64,000 nt of DNA from positions 115,411,891 through 115,475,890 of the forward strand of contig NC_068983.1 in NCBI RefSeq assembly GCF_001194135.2, in the 5' to 3' direction. The notes below the pieces were generated by a model. That model was not told where the DNA came from. It saw only the letters and a list, made by a program, of their open reading frames with translations, and did no database searches. The first letter of the stretch is position 1, and each line of letters opens with the position of its first letter. This document shows, piece after piece, positions 1-13,242 of the stretch. The translations under genes and the position numbers were made by a program. The stretch is from Octopus bimaculoides (taxonomy: Eukaryota).

Positions 1-45
1 TATCAAAAATTAAAATTAAATTAAGTTTCACAGTATAAAATATAT

Positions 46-338
46 AAATATATAGTTTTAGAGAAAAGAACCAAATTTCATGAACTCATCCATGAAAATC
101 CACTGTCACATATAGAAAAATTAATAATAAAATGCACGATAAATAAGTATAATATAATACCAAGTAAAAATCATAAGACAATGATAATAATCATTATTAT
201 CATTATCTTATGATTTTTACTTAGTATTATATTATACTTATTTATCGTGCATTTACTTATTAATTTTTCTATATGTGACTGTGGATTTTCATGGATGAGT
301 TCATGAAATTTAGTTCTTTTCTCTAAAACTATATATAT
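46..338. repeat. Near-perfect ~290-bp palindrome (3-nt loop at 191-193)
   Basis: Position i pairs with 384-i. Arms 51-190 and 194-333 are reverse complements with about 6 mismatches by eye. Confidence 0.95.
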
Positions 339-414
339 GTATATATATATACATATATATAAATGTATGTATGTATGTATGTATGTATGTATGTATGTAT
401 ACATATACATATGC

Positions 415-960
415 TATGTTGTTTACTTCTACTCTAATGCTGTATTCGCATCCAATAAGTCCTCTTACCCCTCCTTTTCTTGGTACATACAGTCTGTCTA
501 TGTCACTTTTTGGGTGGAGTGACCCATATCTAGTTAGTAACTTCCTTGTCTTTCTGTCTAAGCTGTTTAGTTCGTATACTATCCATGCGATTACCCCTGC
601 TCCATATCCAAGGAGTGAAACTTCCCAGGTGTTGATAGCTTCGAATTTATTCCGTCAGTTTAATGTTGACTTAAGGATCAGTCTCAATCTGCACAAGTAC
701 TCCACCTTAAATTTTTCTGACATTTCTTTCTCCATCAGTTTATCCATTTCCTAAAATCCCCAAGTACTTATAGCCCGTCTCTTCTATCTGCTTCATAACC
801 TCCCCGACGGTATCGTCAGTCCGTCCATACATTTGATTTTGCCTCTCTTCAATACTAACGCACCATACTTTCTCAGTCCGAACTGCATTCTGATAGCAAA
901 AGCCGACATAATGGTGTATGACTTTGTTAGTCAAAATGTTAGAAGTTCGTATTCCATCGT
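415..960 (-). mobile_element. R4/Dong-like (RLE-type) non-LTR retrotransposon RT C-terminal fragment, decayed
   Basis: Minus-strand translation gives MQFGLRKYGALVLKRGK..GYKYLGIL..EYLCRLRLILKSTLN*RNKFEAINTW..LDRKTRKLLTRYGSLHPKSDIDRLYVPRKGG.RGL, the typical post-YxDD/thumb region of this group. It contains frameshifts and stops. Confidence 0.8.
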
Positions 961-2730
961 CGACGTTGGACCATGCACTCAACTTTTCTCGATCCATTTA
1001 TTGGCAACAGACAAGACTCTACTTCCTCATGCTGCTAGATATTGCTTCTTTATTTCTGCTCTATGGTCTGTCCTTTAGACTGTTCACATAGTCTATCAGT
1101 TTTGGAGGCGGGGAAAAGTTGTTAGCTCCTTACTTAAAACTTTTACTACTTCTGGAGAATAAATACTGTGAGCAATCACCCACGATGCAACGTAGAGGAA
1201 TACGAGTTAGAGAGATGGTCAGACAGAGAAAGAAAGAGAAGGGCTGAGCAAAAGAAGAATCATCCTCAATACTTAACTCGCTACTTTATTTAAGGACATC
1301 GGAAGTTGAAATACAAAACTGGACTTAGTGGAATTTCAACACAAAGAGGAAAGAGTTGATAAAATACTATACGTCATCCTATATGTCGCTCTAACGACTC
1401 TACCAATTCGCTATCGATGCGATACGAAGTCGGCCAGAACTTTAGGAATGAAACTCTTCTATAAGAATAAAATACAATTGATAGTTAAAGTCATAATTCA
1501 ATGTTGTAAATGACAGACACTTGGTATTTCATTGGTGTGCAGGACTGATTTGAAAGCCTGTACTAAAATTCATGCAAGAATAAAGACACATACAAAGAGA
1601 AAAAAACATTAGAAGCAAGGATACCTGAGCGATCGTGTTTTGGTGGATGTGCTTGATGAAGATCAATTCACAAGTTCGTTCTGGAGGACTGACAAATTAA
1701 GATCACAAACAACTTTCAAACGTCTTTAGTAATTTAGTAGAATTGGGAAGATGACATTGTCTATTGGAGAAATACGTTAGAGGCACGGCAGTGCCGTCAA
1801 TCGAACCTATAGGGGATGCCTAAAAAGCGACAGGACCATTCCCTACGTACTGGTCCAATTTTCGAATATACTAACTTGTTCAACATTTGTTATCACGCGT
1901 GGACGATGCGGATTATCAACCGAATCTATCATAGAGATTATCATAATTCCCTTTGTAAAGTATCACAACTGTTTTTCTGTCTGGTGGCTATGTCAAAAGT
2001 TGTCGTGAGGTGAACGAGACTGAGAAATCTAAGAGCAAGAATTTTTTTTCTCAAGTCAAATAAATGATCATTAAGATTTTCAAGTAGCATTGAAAAGGAG
2101 CACAAAGGCAGAGAGTGACAATACAGCATAGTTCGGTGGAACTGATCTCCAGTAAATTTGCTGTGGGATTGGTATGGCTGAGTGAGACTACATTAAACAT
2201 GCAGCTAAATACCGAAGATCATAACTAGGCGGAGGACCTTACCCTTGGTGTTTTCAGTACTGAATACTACTATGTTTTAATTTGATCTATATAAAAACTT
2301 CTATTTTATTTGAAATTATGCTTTTATTTTATTTGAAATTTTGTATTTATTTAAAATTCTATATTAAGGGTAATTTTTACCAATCTGTAAAATTAAAATT
2401 CAATGAATTCTGCTTTGCCATACTCTTGAATATTTTGATTCATATTGTATGACCACTAAAACTTGGGAAAACAAATCACGGTAGCCCTGTAATTACAATA
2501 GAATTAAATGGCTTCATACACTAATTTACAAATGCAGTTCATAAAAGTAATGCATAAATTGGAAAAAACCGATAGCAAGAAATTATACGAAGTTTTACTT
2601 CCTAATAAAATTTATTGCATTATTGAATTAATGATTATTTATTATTCATTACATCACATAATAGCTGCTACAGTACTATATTTCATGTTCTGAACTAATT
2701 GTTCACACAATTATTATGCATGCGCTAAAA

Positions 2731-2910
2731 GGCGGTGAGCTAGAAGAATCGTTAGCATTCCAAACAAAATGCTTAACAGCATTTCTTCTGGTTTTACGTT
2801 CTGAGTTCAAATTCTTCAAATTCCTACTAGGAGAACTTTCCCTCTCATCCTTTTGGAGTCGATAAAATAAATACCTGCTGAGCACTGGGGTCCATATAAT
2901 CGACTTTCTT
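2731..2910 (+). mobile_element. tRNA-derived SINE, family B (GGCGGCGAGCTGGCAGAA.. head)
   Basis: Matches other copies in the window: GGCGGTGAGCTAGAAGAATCGTTAGC..CGTTCTGAGTTCAAATT..TCATCCTTTT GGAGTCGATAAAAT. Confidence 0.8.
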
Positions 2911-3077
2911 CTCTTCTGAATTTTCATGCCTTTTGCCTATAATAGAAAAAAGTCATTCCACGTACATATTTATTAACATAAATTCAATGTAAAACTTAAA
3001 CGTGATTTAAAATAAATTTTATATTCAAAATACTTTGATAATTATGAATAATAATTATATTACAATGACATTAAGTC

Positions 3078-3287
3078 AGCGAGCTGGCAGAATTGTTACT
3101 GTGCCGTAAAAATGCTGCTAAGCATTTTTCCCGACTCTACGTTCTAATTTCAAATTCTGCCGAAGTCGACTTTGCTGCTCATCCTTTCGGCTCAATAAAT
3201 TAAGTATCAGAGAAACACTGGGGTCGATGTAATTGACTAGATCCTTCCCCAATAATTTCAGGCCTTGAACCTTTAGTAGAAAGGATT
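3078..3287 (+). mobile_element. SINE family B
   Basis: GCGAGCTGGCAGAATTGTTA..TTCAAATTCTGCCGAAGTCGACTTTG..GGCCTTG..TAGAAA. Confidence 0.85.
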
Positions 3288-3479
3288 ATATTACAATGAC
3301 ATTCACATATTGAATCAGTGATGGACAGGTACTGTTGGTAGATCTGTTTGACAAAAGGTTGCCTTAAGAGATAAGCTTCGCCGGTAGCAATGTGACAGGT
3401 ATTTATTAATAAATTTGTACTAGTGCTAGTACAAATTGGCTATGATGCCCTCTGTTTATTATTATTATTATTTTCATTA

Positions 3480-6325
3480 TCATCTTCTTTCAATTCTGTT
3501 TCCTTTTCTTGCCGAGTGTATTCCTAACACCTAGGGAAGAGAAACGCACTGTATACATTTGTAGGCCAGTTGTTATATTTTATTGAGCGCTTCAACTGCA
3601 CCATCGAGCGCAGTTTTGTGTGTCTTTGGTATGTGCAGTGGTTTTAGTGTTGTTATTTTTGCTGTATTGAAAGTGCCTACGTCGGATGTGTCCTAGTGTT
3701 TTGGTCTGTATGTTTTTGAACCATACTTAATGCATCTATTTTTATAGGGATTATTTCTGTCTTCAAACCCCACAGTAGGTTTATCTGTATTCCTAGATCT
3801 TTGTATTTCGAGAGTTGCTCTATGTCTTTTAGAGATACATCGTCATCTGTTGGGACTGACATGTCGATTAGAAGACATTTTTGTTTTGATGGTTCACCTA
3901 TTAGCCTTGATCTCTTTGCGTCGATGTATTGTTATATCCCAAAGTATGGCTGCTTCCTCATTTTCTGGTACCTTTGCTGGGGTATGCCTATAGCATCTTT
4001 TTCTGTTGTCATTCCGTAGTGCCGGCACATCATCCACTGTATATAAGTCCCAACTCTGTCATGTTTGTGTATGTATTCTTTTTTGACCATGACTGGGCAA
4101 CCAGAGACAGTAGGATTCATTGTTTCCTCCCCATTACCACATATTCTGCAGTTATTTATTGCACTTTGCTTCATTATATGCTTCTGGTGATTTCTGGTGA
4201 AGCGGGGTGGGCTTTGATCTTGTGTCACAATTTAGAATCCTTCGGTCTCTGCTTTGAGACCCGAACTTCTCAACAAACATCAATATTTTATTTTGTTCAT
4301 TTCTCTTATGTTTAGCTTATCCCAGTATTTGTTATGTGAACTCTTTTCTTACCATCGTTTTATCTTGTAGTTCTGGTTTAAGCTTAGATTTTTGTTGCTT
4401 TTCAGCTTTTAACGTTGCTTCTTTTTCTTCACAGTTGTCAGGTATTATGACCTCTTCCTTGTAGTTTTCGACTTCCTTGAAGGGAGAAAATTTTTTTTGC
4501 TCATGCTTTGTAGCTATTTGTATCAGTTTTCCTTGGTTCTCATTTGGATATTACTGTAGTCCTATGGTGGATATTTTACAGTAGTAGTTGTATAAGGCCT
4601 CTACCACGTTCAATTCGCTTTATAACCTTTCTTTGTCAGATTTTGAGTGGTGTATTCTAAATCCAGGGTTTCCTGTCTAGTTTGATTAGTTCATTTAGTG
4701 TCTAGTTAAGAATATTGTAACTGTAACTAATAACTGGGACAGCACGAGTATTGATGCCTATAATCCCATTTTTCGCATTGAGCCCTGTTTTAAGTATTCA
4801 TTTAATTTCTCTATAATATTACTTCCTTACCTTTTCTTTCATTGTGTATGTTGTACCGTATCATTTATTCCTAAGTATCTGTTGGTCTGGGTTTGATCTG
4901 CTTCTATTATTTCATTTTCTTTATCTAATATGATATTATTATTCTTAATTAGTTTTTCTCTTCTCAAGGTTGTTTTAGCACAATTTTCTAGACCGAATTT
5001 CATGTTTATTTCTTTAGTAAATCTATGCAGTCTGTGGCAATGTTTCTAGTTGTTCATCATTTGCGGCATACAGCTTAAGCTCATCCATATACAAGAGATG
5101 GCTGATAGTTTTTACCATAGCTTGTGTATCCACATCCAGTTGTATTTAGCATGTAGGTTAAAGATATCAGTGCCAGGCAGAAAAGGAGTGCAGAGAGCAA
5201 ACCTCCAGGAATATTTCTCTTCTAATGAGGATGCTTTAGTTTCTATAATTCTCTCTTTTGTCTGTAGCTGCAGAACTCTTTGCCATTTACTCATCACATA
5301 TTTTATATTGTTATAGTTGGTGTTACGTTGCTCATGGATAATGTTACCAAATTCTTTATGGGGGTGGGGTGGAGGATACTGTCAAAAGCCTTCTGGTGGT
5401 TGATTCAAGCCCCTCTTTCCTTTCATCAGTCTTCAGTTTTGGCTTTCTTTATCACAACTGATCTTTATAGACATATAAACTTTAACAGCATCTCTTCTCT
5501 TCTGGGAACAGGCTGTTTTCTGGGTGTTTAGCCATTCTCTACAATATCATTGCAGTAAAAAGTTTGTAAGTTGTAGGAAGACATGTTATGGGTATGTAAT
5601 TTTGTGTGTTTGTATTTTTGGTGGATTCGATAATTAAGAAGGTTTTTTTTCCTACTGTGAACCATTCAGATGGTGTCTCTGACTGTCTGCATCTCATTGA
5701 ACTTCTCTGCCAGCATTTTATGAGTCCTTGCTAAATATTTTAACCGAAGCTGAGAACCTTGTCATGTCCGGATGTTTTCCAATTGTTTGGCGTTTGCAAT
5801 ACCCGGGTTACCTCTTCTCTTGTTATGAGTGTCCAGAGTTGTTCAGGTTCTGTGTTTTTAATTTTAATGAATCTTTTCTGTAGTAGTTCCTTTGCCGCTC
5901 ATACTTCTTCCCAAAATTCTTCTATTTCTACTGCATTGATTTCTATTTTGTTTTTACTAGGTAGAATTATTTGGGATTGGAGCTAAATTATTTGTTCTCT
6001 TCAACGAATCGTTGGCGTTTTTGATACCGGCTAATTCTTTGTGCTTTAGCGAGGATATCTTGCTTTAGGTGTATTTTCGTCTCAGGAACATCTTGTTTTG
6101 TTATTTTATATTTCTGTAGTATTTTTTCTTTTATATCTTGTTGTTTAGTAGTGTTGTTTGGTTACTAATTTCATTAAGGAATGACAGGTCATTTCTTTTA
6201 TTTTCTATTTTTTCTGGATATTTGTTTTCTTTTCTACATCAGTTGACTGGTATTTGATATACCTCTTTGGGTGGGTCTGAGGGAGTATACTCTTTCTTTT
6301 GCGCCCACAGAGACTGCTGTATATA
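3480..6325 (-). mobile_element. R4/Dong-like RLE non-LTR retrotransposon remnant (~2.85 kb, many stops and frameshifts)
   Basis: RT motif HLLYMDELKLYA (YMDE at 5080-5091), CCHC knuckle CRICGNGEETMNPTVSGCP (ORF 3932-4228), RLE tail LSKYKDLGIQINLLWGLKTEIIPI (ORF 3677-3862). Flanked by (TAA)n on both sides. Confidence 0.88.
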
Positions 6326-6366
6326 TTATTTCATTTTATCATTTATTTTATCTATTGTTATTCGAA

Positions 6367-6408
6367 TGATTATTATTATATGATTATTATTATTATTATT
6401 ATTATTAT

Positions 6409-6443
<35 letters not shown>

Positions 6444-6456
6444 ATAGTAGTAGTAA
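6367..6456. repeat. (TAT)n-(AGT)n compound microsatellite
   Basis: Seen directly in the sequence. Confidence 0.95.
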
Positions 6457-6797
6457 GTATGGAATATATTTGTGTAATGTTACTGTTTTTGTCGTTTCCT
6501 TCAAAGCCATAATTAAACAAACAACCATTTCACTTTTATTTGGGACGGTGTCCCACGTAATACCTCATGCAATGTGTCCCTCTCCTTCTAAGACTGAGCG
6601 GTGGTATGACTTCAGGAATATGTTCGGTCACTATTTCAAGCTAATTGAGCAACCATGTTTCACTTTAGATGTGGTGTGGTGTAGGGAAGTAAAGTGAAAT
6701 ACAACAGAGAAAAGATGTATTTCAATATGTGTAGTATATGCATGCAATGCCTTTAATAGTCTCTTGCTTCAAATATATGCTTTGCCAAAGCAACATA

Positions 6798-8016
6798 CGA
6801 AAGGATGCCAAAAAGTTCCTGGTTTTAAGGGTATCGCGAAAGGGTAGAGCTGTTAGCTTTACAAGGGAGGTAGAACAACTATTTAGGAGAAGATATGCAA
6901 AATATCATGATGTTATACAATATATCTTTCTCTTTTTTGCATATTTAACGCATGATGGCAGTTCCTACAGTGGATTTTGAGCGGTCATGAAGTTCCTCTT
7001 TTTGCAAGGCAAAGAAGCGGCGGAAATCCATCTTCCTCCACAGTAAAATCCGGGTATCAAGGTTTCGGACTGGTCATTTGAACCCCGGTCAGGACGGCCA
7101 ACTTCCGCAACCACAGAAAACACAACCGACGTTGTGCACATCATGATTCTCGAGGACTGCTGGATTTCAGCTAAAGTTAAAGCTGATTTTCTGGGGATTT
7201 CCCGCGAAAGAGATGACCACATCATTCATAACATTCTGGACATGAGATAACTTTCCGCAAAATGGGTGCCAAAATGTCTGAACGCAGACAAAAAGCGCAT
7301 CAGAGTGATGACATCAAAGGCAATTTGGGATCGGTTTGCAGCAGGTGGTGCTGATTTTATGACTCGTTTAGTCACCATGGATGAAACTTGGCTTCATCAT
7401 TTTGATCTCCAGACCAAACAACAATCAATGGAATGGCGTCACAGCTGTTCACCGCGTCCCAAGATGTTTCGAGCCTAGAAGTCAGCTGGAAAGATTCTGG
7501 CTTCATGTTCTGAGACAAAGATGGAGAACTTCTTATAAAATATCTGCCAAAGTGTTGCACCATCAACGCAGAATGCTATATGTCTCTGTTGGACAGACTG
7601 CGTGAAACATTGAAGCAGAAACGCCGTCGAAAACTGAGCCGTGGTGTCCTGTTTTTGCAGGACAATGCACCAGCACACACAGCACATGAAATCAACGGAA
7701 AATACGCGACTTTGGTTTCGAATTGGTTGACCACCTGCCTTACTCTCCTGACTTGGCCCCCTCCGACTATCACCTTTTTCCACAACTGAAGAAACATCTC
7801 AAGAGAACGAAATTTCAATTCAATTCGAAAGTGACCGCTGCTACGGAGGCCTGTTTGGAAAACCAATCTTACGATTTCTTTTTACAGGGTTTAGAATACC
7901 TGAAGGATCGCTATAATAAGTGTGTGAATCTGAGAGGGGAATGTGTTGAATAAAGTCATTATTAACTAATCTCCCTGTATTTTCTTTTACCTAAGAAACT
8001 TTTCAGCACCCACTCG
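6798..8016 (+). mobile_element. mariner (DD34D) transposon, full-length but decayed
   Basis: Imperfect TIRs CGAAAGGATGCCAAAAAGTTCCTGG and CTAAGAAACTTTTCAGCACCCACTCG, with TA on the left. Transposase motifs AVMKFLFLQGKEAAEIH, WVPK, VTMDETW, QDNAPAH and YSPDLAPSD; D34D spacing after one -1 frameshift. Confidence 0.92.
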
Positions 8017-9574
8017 TGCATATGCTTTTACTTCTTTAGCCTTTTCCCTATATCAGTCATTGAACTGCGACCACGCCAGGACCCGCCTTTAAAGCTGAGG
8101 CACAATCCAAGTGTTCACATTTACTGTTTACTTCCTAATTTCTTGAGTTCGTCGTAACTGTTATATGGTTGGGTCTGCTATGAACATTATCAATCTGTTA
8201 ATGTGTTAGTTCATATGTACATATATGGGTGTGTGTGTGTGCATATATGCGGTTATCTATGTACTTGATAATGGGTGTATGTACGATTCTGGTCGAAAAA
8301 AATTGAATCTACGAATACGAAACGCATTAATCAAGATACAGTTACTTCTTATTGAAGAAAATTGGTGATCTATATATCTGCAATAGAAAAAATTGAACGA
8401 TATAAAATATGTGTAAATTTAAGAGATAAAACATTATGGAATATTCTTTGGAATTCTTTTCTTTCTTTCTCTCTTATATATCACTGCTTCTAGCTACTAT
8501 TGTTTGCGCAGCTACGCTGTCGTTTCTGTTTTGTCCGAGAGGTCCAATCTGTGTGATTAAAAAAATCTAATGTTTGTAATAGTAATTATTCCTAAAATGT
8601 ATTGCCAACACAAAAAATAATTTCCGGTTTTCTTTACATTCGGTGAGATTATTATTTTTGTATTCTTCATATTTTTTATTTACTTATTTATTGCAATTAG
8701 TCTGTTTAGACAAACTTATCTTTTCTTCACCAATGACTCGTGAATTTACCGATTTAAAATCATTAGCTAAACTTAACACTAATGTTTTGGAGGCAATTAA
8801 CTTTGGTTTAATAACAAATACAGCAGAAAAACATCAAGCAATAACTGATATCATTTGAAATTGATCACCACAAAAATTTAACAGAAAACATTTTGACGTA
8901 TTGGTGCAAATAAAACTCGAAATTATCGGAAATTGAATAGCTAGAGTCTAATTGTTAATGCTTTTTTAATGTAAATTTATATGAAAAATTACTTGATAAA
9001 TTTGGGATCCCAAAACATATATATATATATTTTAATTTCATTTTAGTTAACATGTTATGTATATTGCATACTATGATTTAGAAGGCTTAGATTTGGAACA
9101 TATACATTATACTCTGCAATATCCAGGACATAAGAAGCAATTAAAAAAGACGCCATCTTAACTGAGAATCCTTACATGAAAAATTTGAAGAGGAATGTTA
9201 TGATAGTCGTTGAGAGAGAAATATCTACTTTAAAATCAATTAAGAGCATAACAGTAATGATATTAGATTAAGCCACATAGAGTATTCTACTGTTACTAGA
9301 TGCTATGAAACCACTAGATGCTATGAAATTGCTATTTATATCGTTCTCTATCTAGGAACTTTCTACTCTTATGTATATATATCAAAAATACTTTGACTCA
9401 CAATATAAGTATTCGCAGAAATTTTCCACGAATTGTGCTTATTTTGTCAGTCTTTCAAAACTTTTTTCTAGTTTAGCAAACAAATTTCTCAATCTTTCGT
9501 TGTTTGAATGATTCGAGATATAAATAAGCAACAGAAAGATTTGATACAGGTAAAGAATAGTAATAATATTCCTT

Positions 9575-9720
9575 ACTATAGAAGGCACAAAACCTGAAAT
9601 TTGGGGGAGGAGCTAGTCGATTACAATGACCACAGGGCTAAACTGGCACTTACTTTATCGACCTCGAAAGAATGAAAGGAAAAGTCGAACTCGGCGGAAT
9701 TAGACTTAGAATAATTACTA
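9575..9720 (-). mobile_element. SINE family B, reverse orientation
   Basis: AGTCGATTACAATGACC..TTTATCGACCTCGAAAGAATGAAAGGAAAAGTCGAACTCGGCGGAATT is the reverse complement of the family B body. Confidence 0.75.
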
Positions 9721-9761
9721 GAAGAATGAAAGCCTAGATAAATTCTATCATGTCTTCAATT

Positions 9762-10010
9762 GGTGCTTGTAGTGTTTAAACCGGCTGTATCCGGCCCAAA
9801 TATTCAACACATTTTATGCTCAAACTGGCCAGAACCAGTATCTCATACCTACCCTGCAATGTCATTCTAAAAATAAGCAATTACATCTTGAAGCTACAAG
9901 ATAATCTTGTAGGTAATCTTGAAGCTACAAGATAATACCAGATTAATTTTTAAAAATGTAAATGAATAAGGATTACTTTTGACATATTAATTTGAACGCT
10001 AAAGGGTTAA
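9762..10010. mobile_element. Probable piggyBac-type MITE (right end AAAGGGTTAA; left end degraded)
   Basis: Ends in GCTAAAGGG followed by TTAA (10007-10010). The body resembles an abundant Octopus MITE as I recall it; the left TIR is not clean. Confidence 0.45.
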
Positions 10011-11134
10011 AGCGCAATACTGCAAAACATCTAATTTGCTGCGATATCATTGAATCAGTGTCACGTCGAAGTACTGTTGGACAAATAAGGGTTAAAATAT
10101 GAAATTGTGATGCGCCAGCACACGCAAGTCTTACAGTTATTTAAACTGTATACAAAGTTCTTTCGAAAGTTCATTTGGTGCAATTTGTTTTATAAGGTCA
10201 CAGTGTCATGAACTTATCTACATTATCTGCATCTTGTTCAATTAAGATCCAAAATCACACTTTACCTTTGGCATCCCTTGGCAATACATTATCGATACTG
10301 ATAAAGTTGTATCTATTTTAGTTCACTTTATCATATTCGCCGAGACATTTACTTGCTAAGGAATGTGTGGGGGGAATGCAATCTAAATATAGATGTACAT
10401 ACTACTTCTCTCGTCTGCTTTACCGGAAGCAAATAATTTTGTAGAATTAAGGAACCGAAGGGGAAGTGGAAACAGAATTTTTTTTTTTTAGTGAGAAGAT
10501 TAAATGGATTGCACAGCTTCTATGAGAATATTAAGTGGTTTAAAGTTGTGACTTAGACTGATATACTACTATGGGAAGTAAATTATAATTCCCAACCCGA
10601 ATATGGTTAACTATTATGATTTTTAAAATCATAATAGTTATCTATGTTAGGATTAAGAGTTTAACGGTTGTAACATTTCATGCTTTCAGTAACAGATCAC
10701 ACTCTCACTGGCAGCTATATATTGTTAATCTTTAACTGAGGAAGGAAAGCAGTGTACATGACCTGTTACAGGGGATGAAAGAATGGTGAGAGAAAGCTAT
10801 CCTCAAATCGAAAATCTAGCCTGAATGCTAGTAACAAGTTGGACTCCACTCAAGACGCACAAGCGGCCAGCTGAGGATGTTAAACTGGGCAACAGGTTAA
10901 GTCTGCTACCCATGTAGGCTATGATGAGATTTGAACTCGGAACGCAAAGATCCGAAACCAAAAAATCGCAAGATATCTGGCCTGACGTTGTATGATGTAA
11001 ATAAGAGTCATGAATTAAATCCATGACTTTCAAGTGATCTCGCGATAGACGAAAGATTTATGGCCTCCAGTTATTCTATATTTAAAAGACTGAAATACAT
11101 TTTCCAGGCAAACTTGATCTATTCATAACTAATA

Positions 11135-11520
11135 ACTAATTATTAGTCAACTTGTTAAATAGCTACCCAACTAACAAATCGATCGTTTCTTTAACGCGTT
11201 AGCTAAACAATCAATTGATTGTTTGTCAAAGTTCTTTCGTTGTTGTTCGCAACCTTGTCTGTCAAGGTTCTTTCATTGCATTTCGTAATCTTTACTGTGA
11301 CAAGTGACTTCTTACTCGGAACAAGGTCTGCTAAGGTCTACTTTCGAGACGAAAGCGGACCTTAGAGCCAGTAGGGAGTCACGAATCACTGAAAAGTTTG
11401 CGAACAGCAGCGAAAAAACTTTGAGTAAAAAAAAACAAACAACCGATTGACTGTTTAACCAGCATATTAAGCAAATGATTGATTAGTTAGTTGCTTAGAT
11501 ATTTAACTAAATTATTAATA
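11135..11520. repeat. Imperfect foldback (inverted-repeat) element centred near 11348
   Basis: Central stem CTAAGGTCTACTTTCG-AGA-CGAAAGCGGACCTTAG (11331-11365). Outer arms pair over ~120 bp (TCAAAGTTCTTTCGTTGTTGTTCGCAA with TTGCGAACAGCAGCGAAAAAACTTTGA). Confidence 0.8.
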
Positions 11521-11610
11521 ATAAAGAAGTGGAATTGAAGCAGAGCATGTGTTATTATTATTGGCGTAATGATCCTCCCAAGACAACAAAATATCTATTA
11601 GTTACATATA

Positions 11611-11892
11611 CGAGGAAGTACCCAAAAGTAACCAGAAACGGGCTCTGTGGGACAAGTCCGTTGTAGTTCAGGCTTCTGCCGCAAGAGGCCACTTGATGCA
11701 ACCCTAAGGTATCAGTCTGCTGACCGGCGTCGTCGCAAGAGTTCCGGACTGCTTCGAAAAGTGGAAAACGTGTCTAGACTGATGCATTGCCTCAAATGGA
11801 GAATATTTTGAAGGTGATAAAAGCGTGAATATGTAAAACCAAATGAATAACATAATATTGCAAAATTCCGGTTTCTTTTGGGTACCCTCTCG
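11611..11892. mobile_element. mariner-type MITE, 282 bp, TA TSD
   Basis: TA|CGAGGAAGTACCCAAAAGTAACCAGAA ... TTCCGGTTTCTTTTGGGTACCCTCTCG|TA. Confidence 0.9.
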
Positions 11893-12012
<120 letters not shown>

Positions 12013-12616
12013 TATCGCCTCTTTAGTACTTTATATTTTATATATATATGACTCGCATTTAGTCATGTTTATCAAAAATGAGGCATAATAATATTCGTGC
12101 TAATAATAACGAGTTTTATAGTTTTGTAAGTAAAAGTTAAAGGAAGTATTATTTTATCGCAGACAAGCACATTTTCTAAGAAAAGATTTTGTGTTATGTC
12201 TGGAGCAGCGGTCTAATGAGAAACCAAAATATTTAATCCCTATCTTAAATATTTTGGTCTCTCATTTAAATTATACTTGTATAACAAGAAAGAAATGCTG
12301 ATAGTTAATTTGGTGAGTCAGCTCCATATTTTTCAAAGTTAATATCATCAAAATATGATCATTGCTAATCATCAGAAAATGAGACTGACTTTTTTTTCTA
12401 ATTCTTCATCAGAACATTCGATTTGAACAACTCACACAACTCGTGCTTGATAAAAAATATTAACTGTAATCCGCTCTTGAAAAATCTCCAGTAATCTCTC
12501 TTTTAATTTCCACGTGCTCATTAAGGCTAAATGCAGGTTAATTTTTTAAAAAAGCAAAAATACTGTTATTTCGTGAGTAATTTCATTAAGTTACTGTTCC
12601 AAATTAAGAAGTAATA

Positions 12617-12790
12617 TGTGGTCTGATCAATAAGTATCCGGATTGCTGGTATAGTAACGAAGCTAAAGCAAGGAGAGTGAAACCGCTTGGCACAGATTGA
12701 CGTTAAACTCCGCTCGTATTTGAAACGGAGAACATTTAGTTGAATTACATGTGGAGTGAGATGCTTTATAGTATTACGTTTGGGATCATT
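12617..12790 (+). mobile_element. Possible Tc1/mariner left-end fragment
   Basis: TATGTGGTCTGATCAATAAGTATCCGGA resembles a mariner TIR start; no matching right end was found. Confidence 0.4.
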
Positions 12791-13242
12791 TATTGCCAGG
12801 GTTTTTTTATCAAATATTGCCAGGGTTTTTATTCCTTCAGTGCTGATATAATTAAAGATACAGGGATCAATAATATCAAGTGCACTTCCACAAACTTTCG
12901 TTATAATGGCTATATTTATAAAGTACTCCTCAACGATATTTTGCTTTCCTATCATATACTACTACAACAATATTTTCTTCCGACATATCCAACCGGCAAG
13001 AAATTAGATTCTGTTGTTTTATTTCGAACTTGTTGTTTGCTTGAATGAATACTTGAGTATCTGCATTGATATCCCAGAAACTGTGCGAGGAAGCCGAACC
13101 ATTTTTATTAATCATTACTAAACAAAATAATCGTTTTTCGTTTTTCAAAATTTTCATTTGCTAGTCAGTCGTATATACGCTGAATAAGTTATGGATTCTA
13201 CTAGAAATTAAATCAATTACAGAAAAATAATATAAATTTTAA

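Noticed and set aside
1700-2100. Possible LTR-retrotransposon remnant
   Set aside because: No convincing protein motif could be read in any frame.
12566-13048. Overlapping 129-aa and 102-aa ORFs
   Set aside because: No recognisable motif; they overlap a TIR-like fragment and a 25-bp local duplication.
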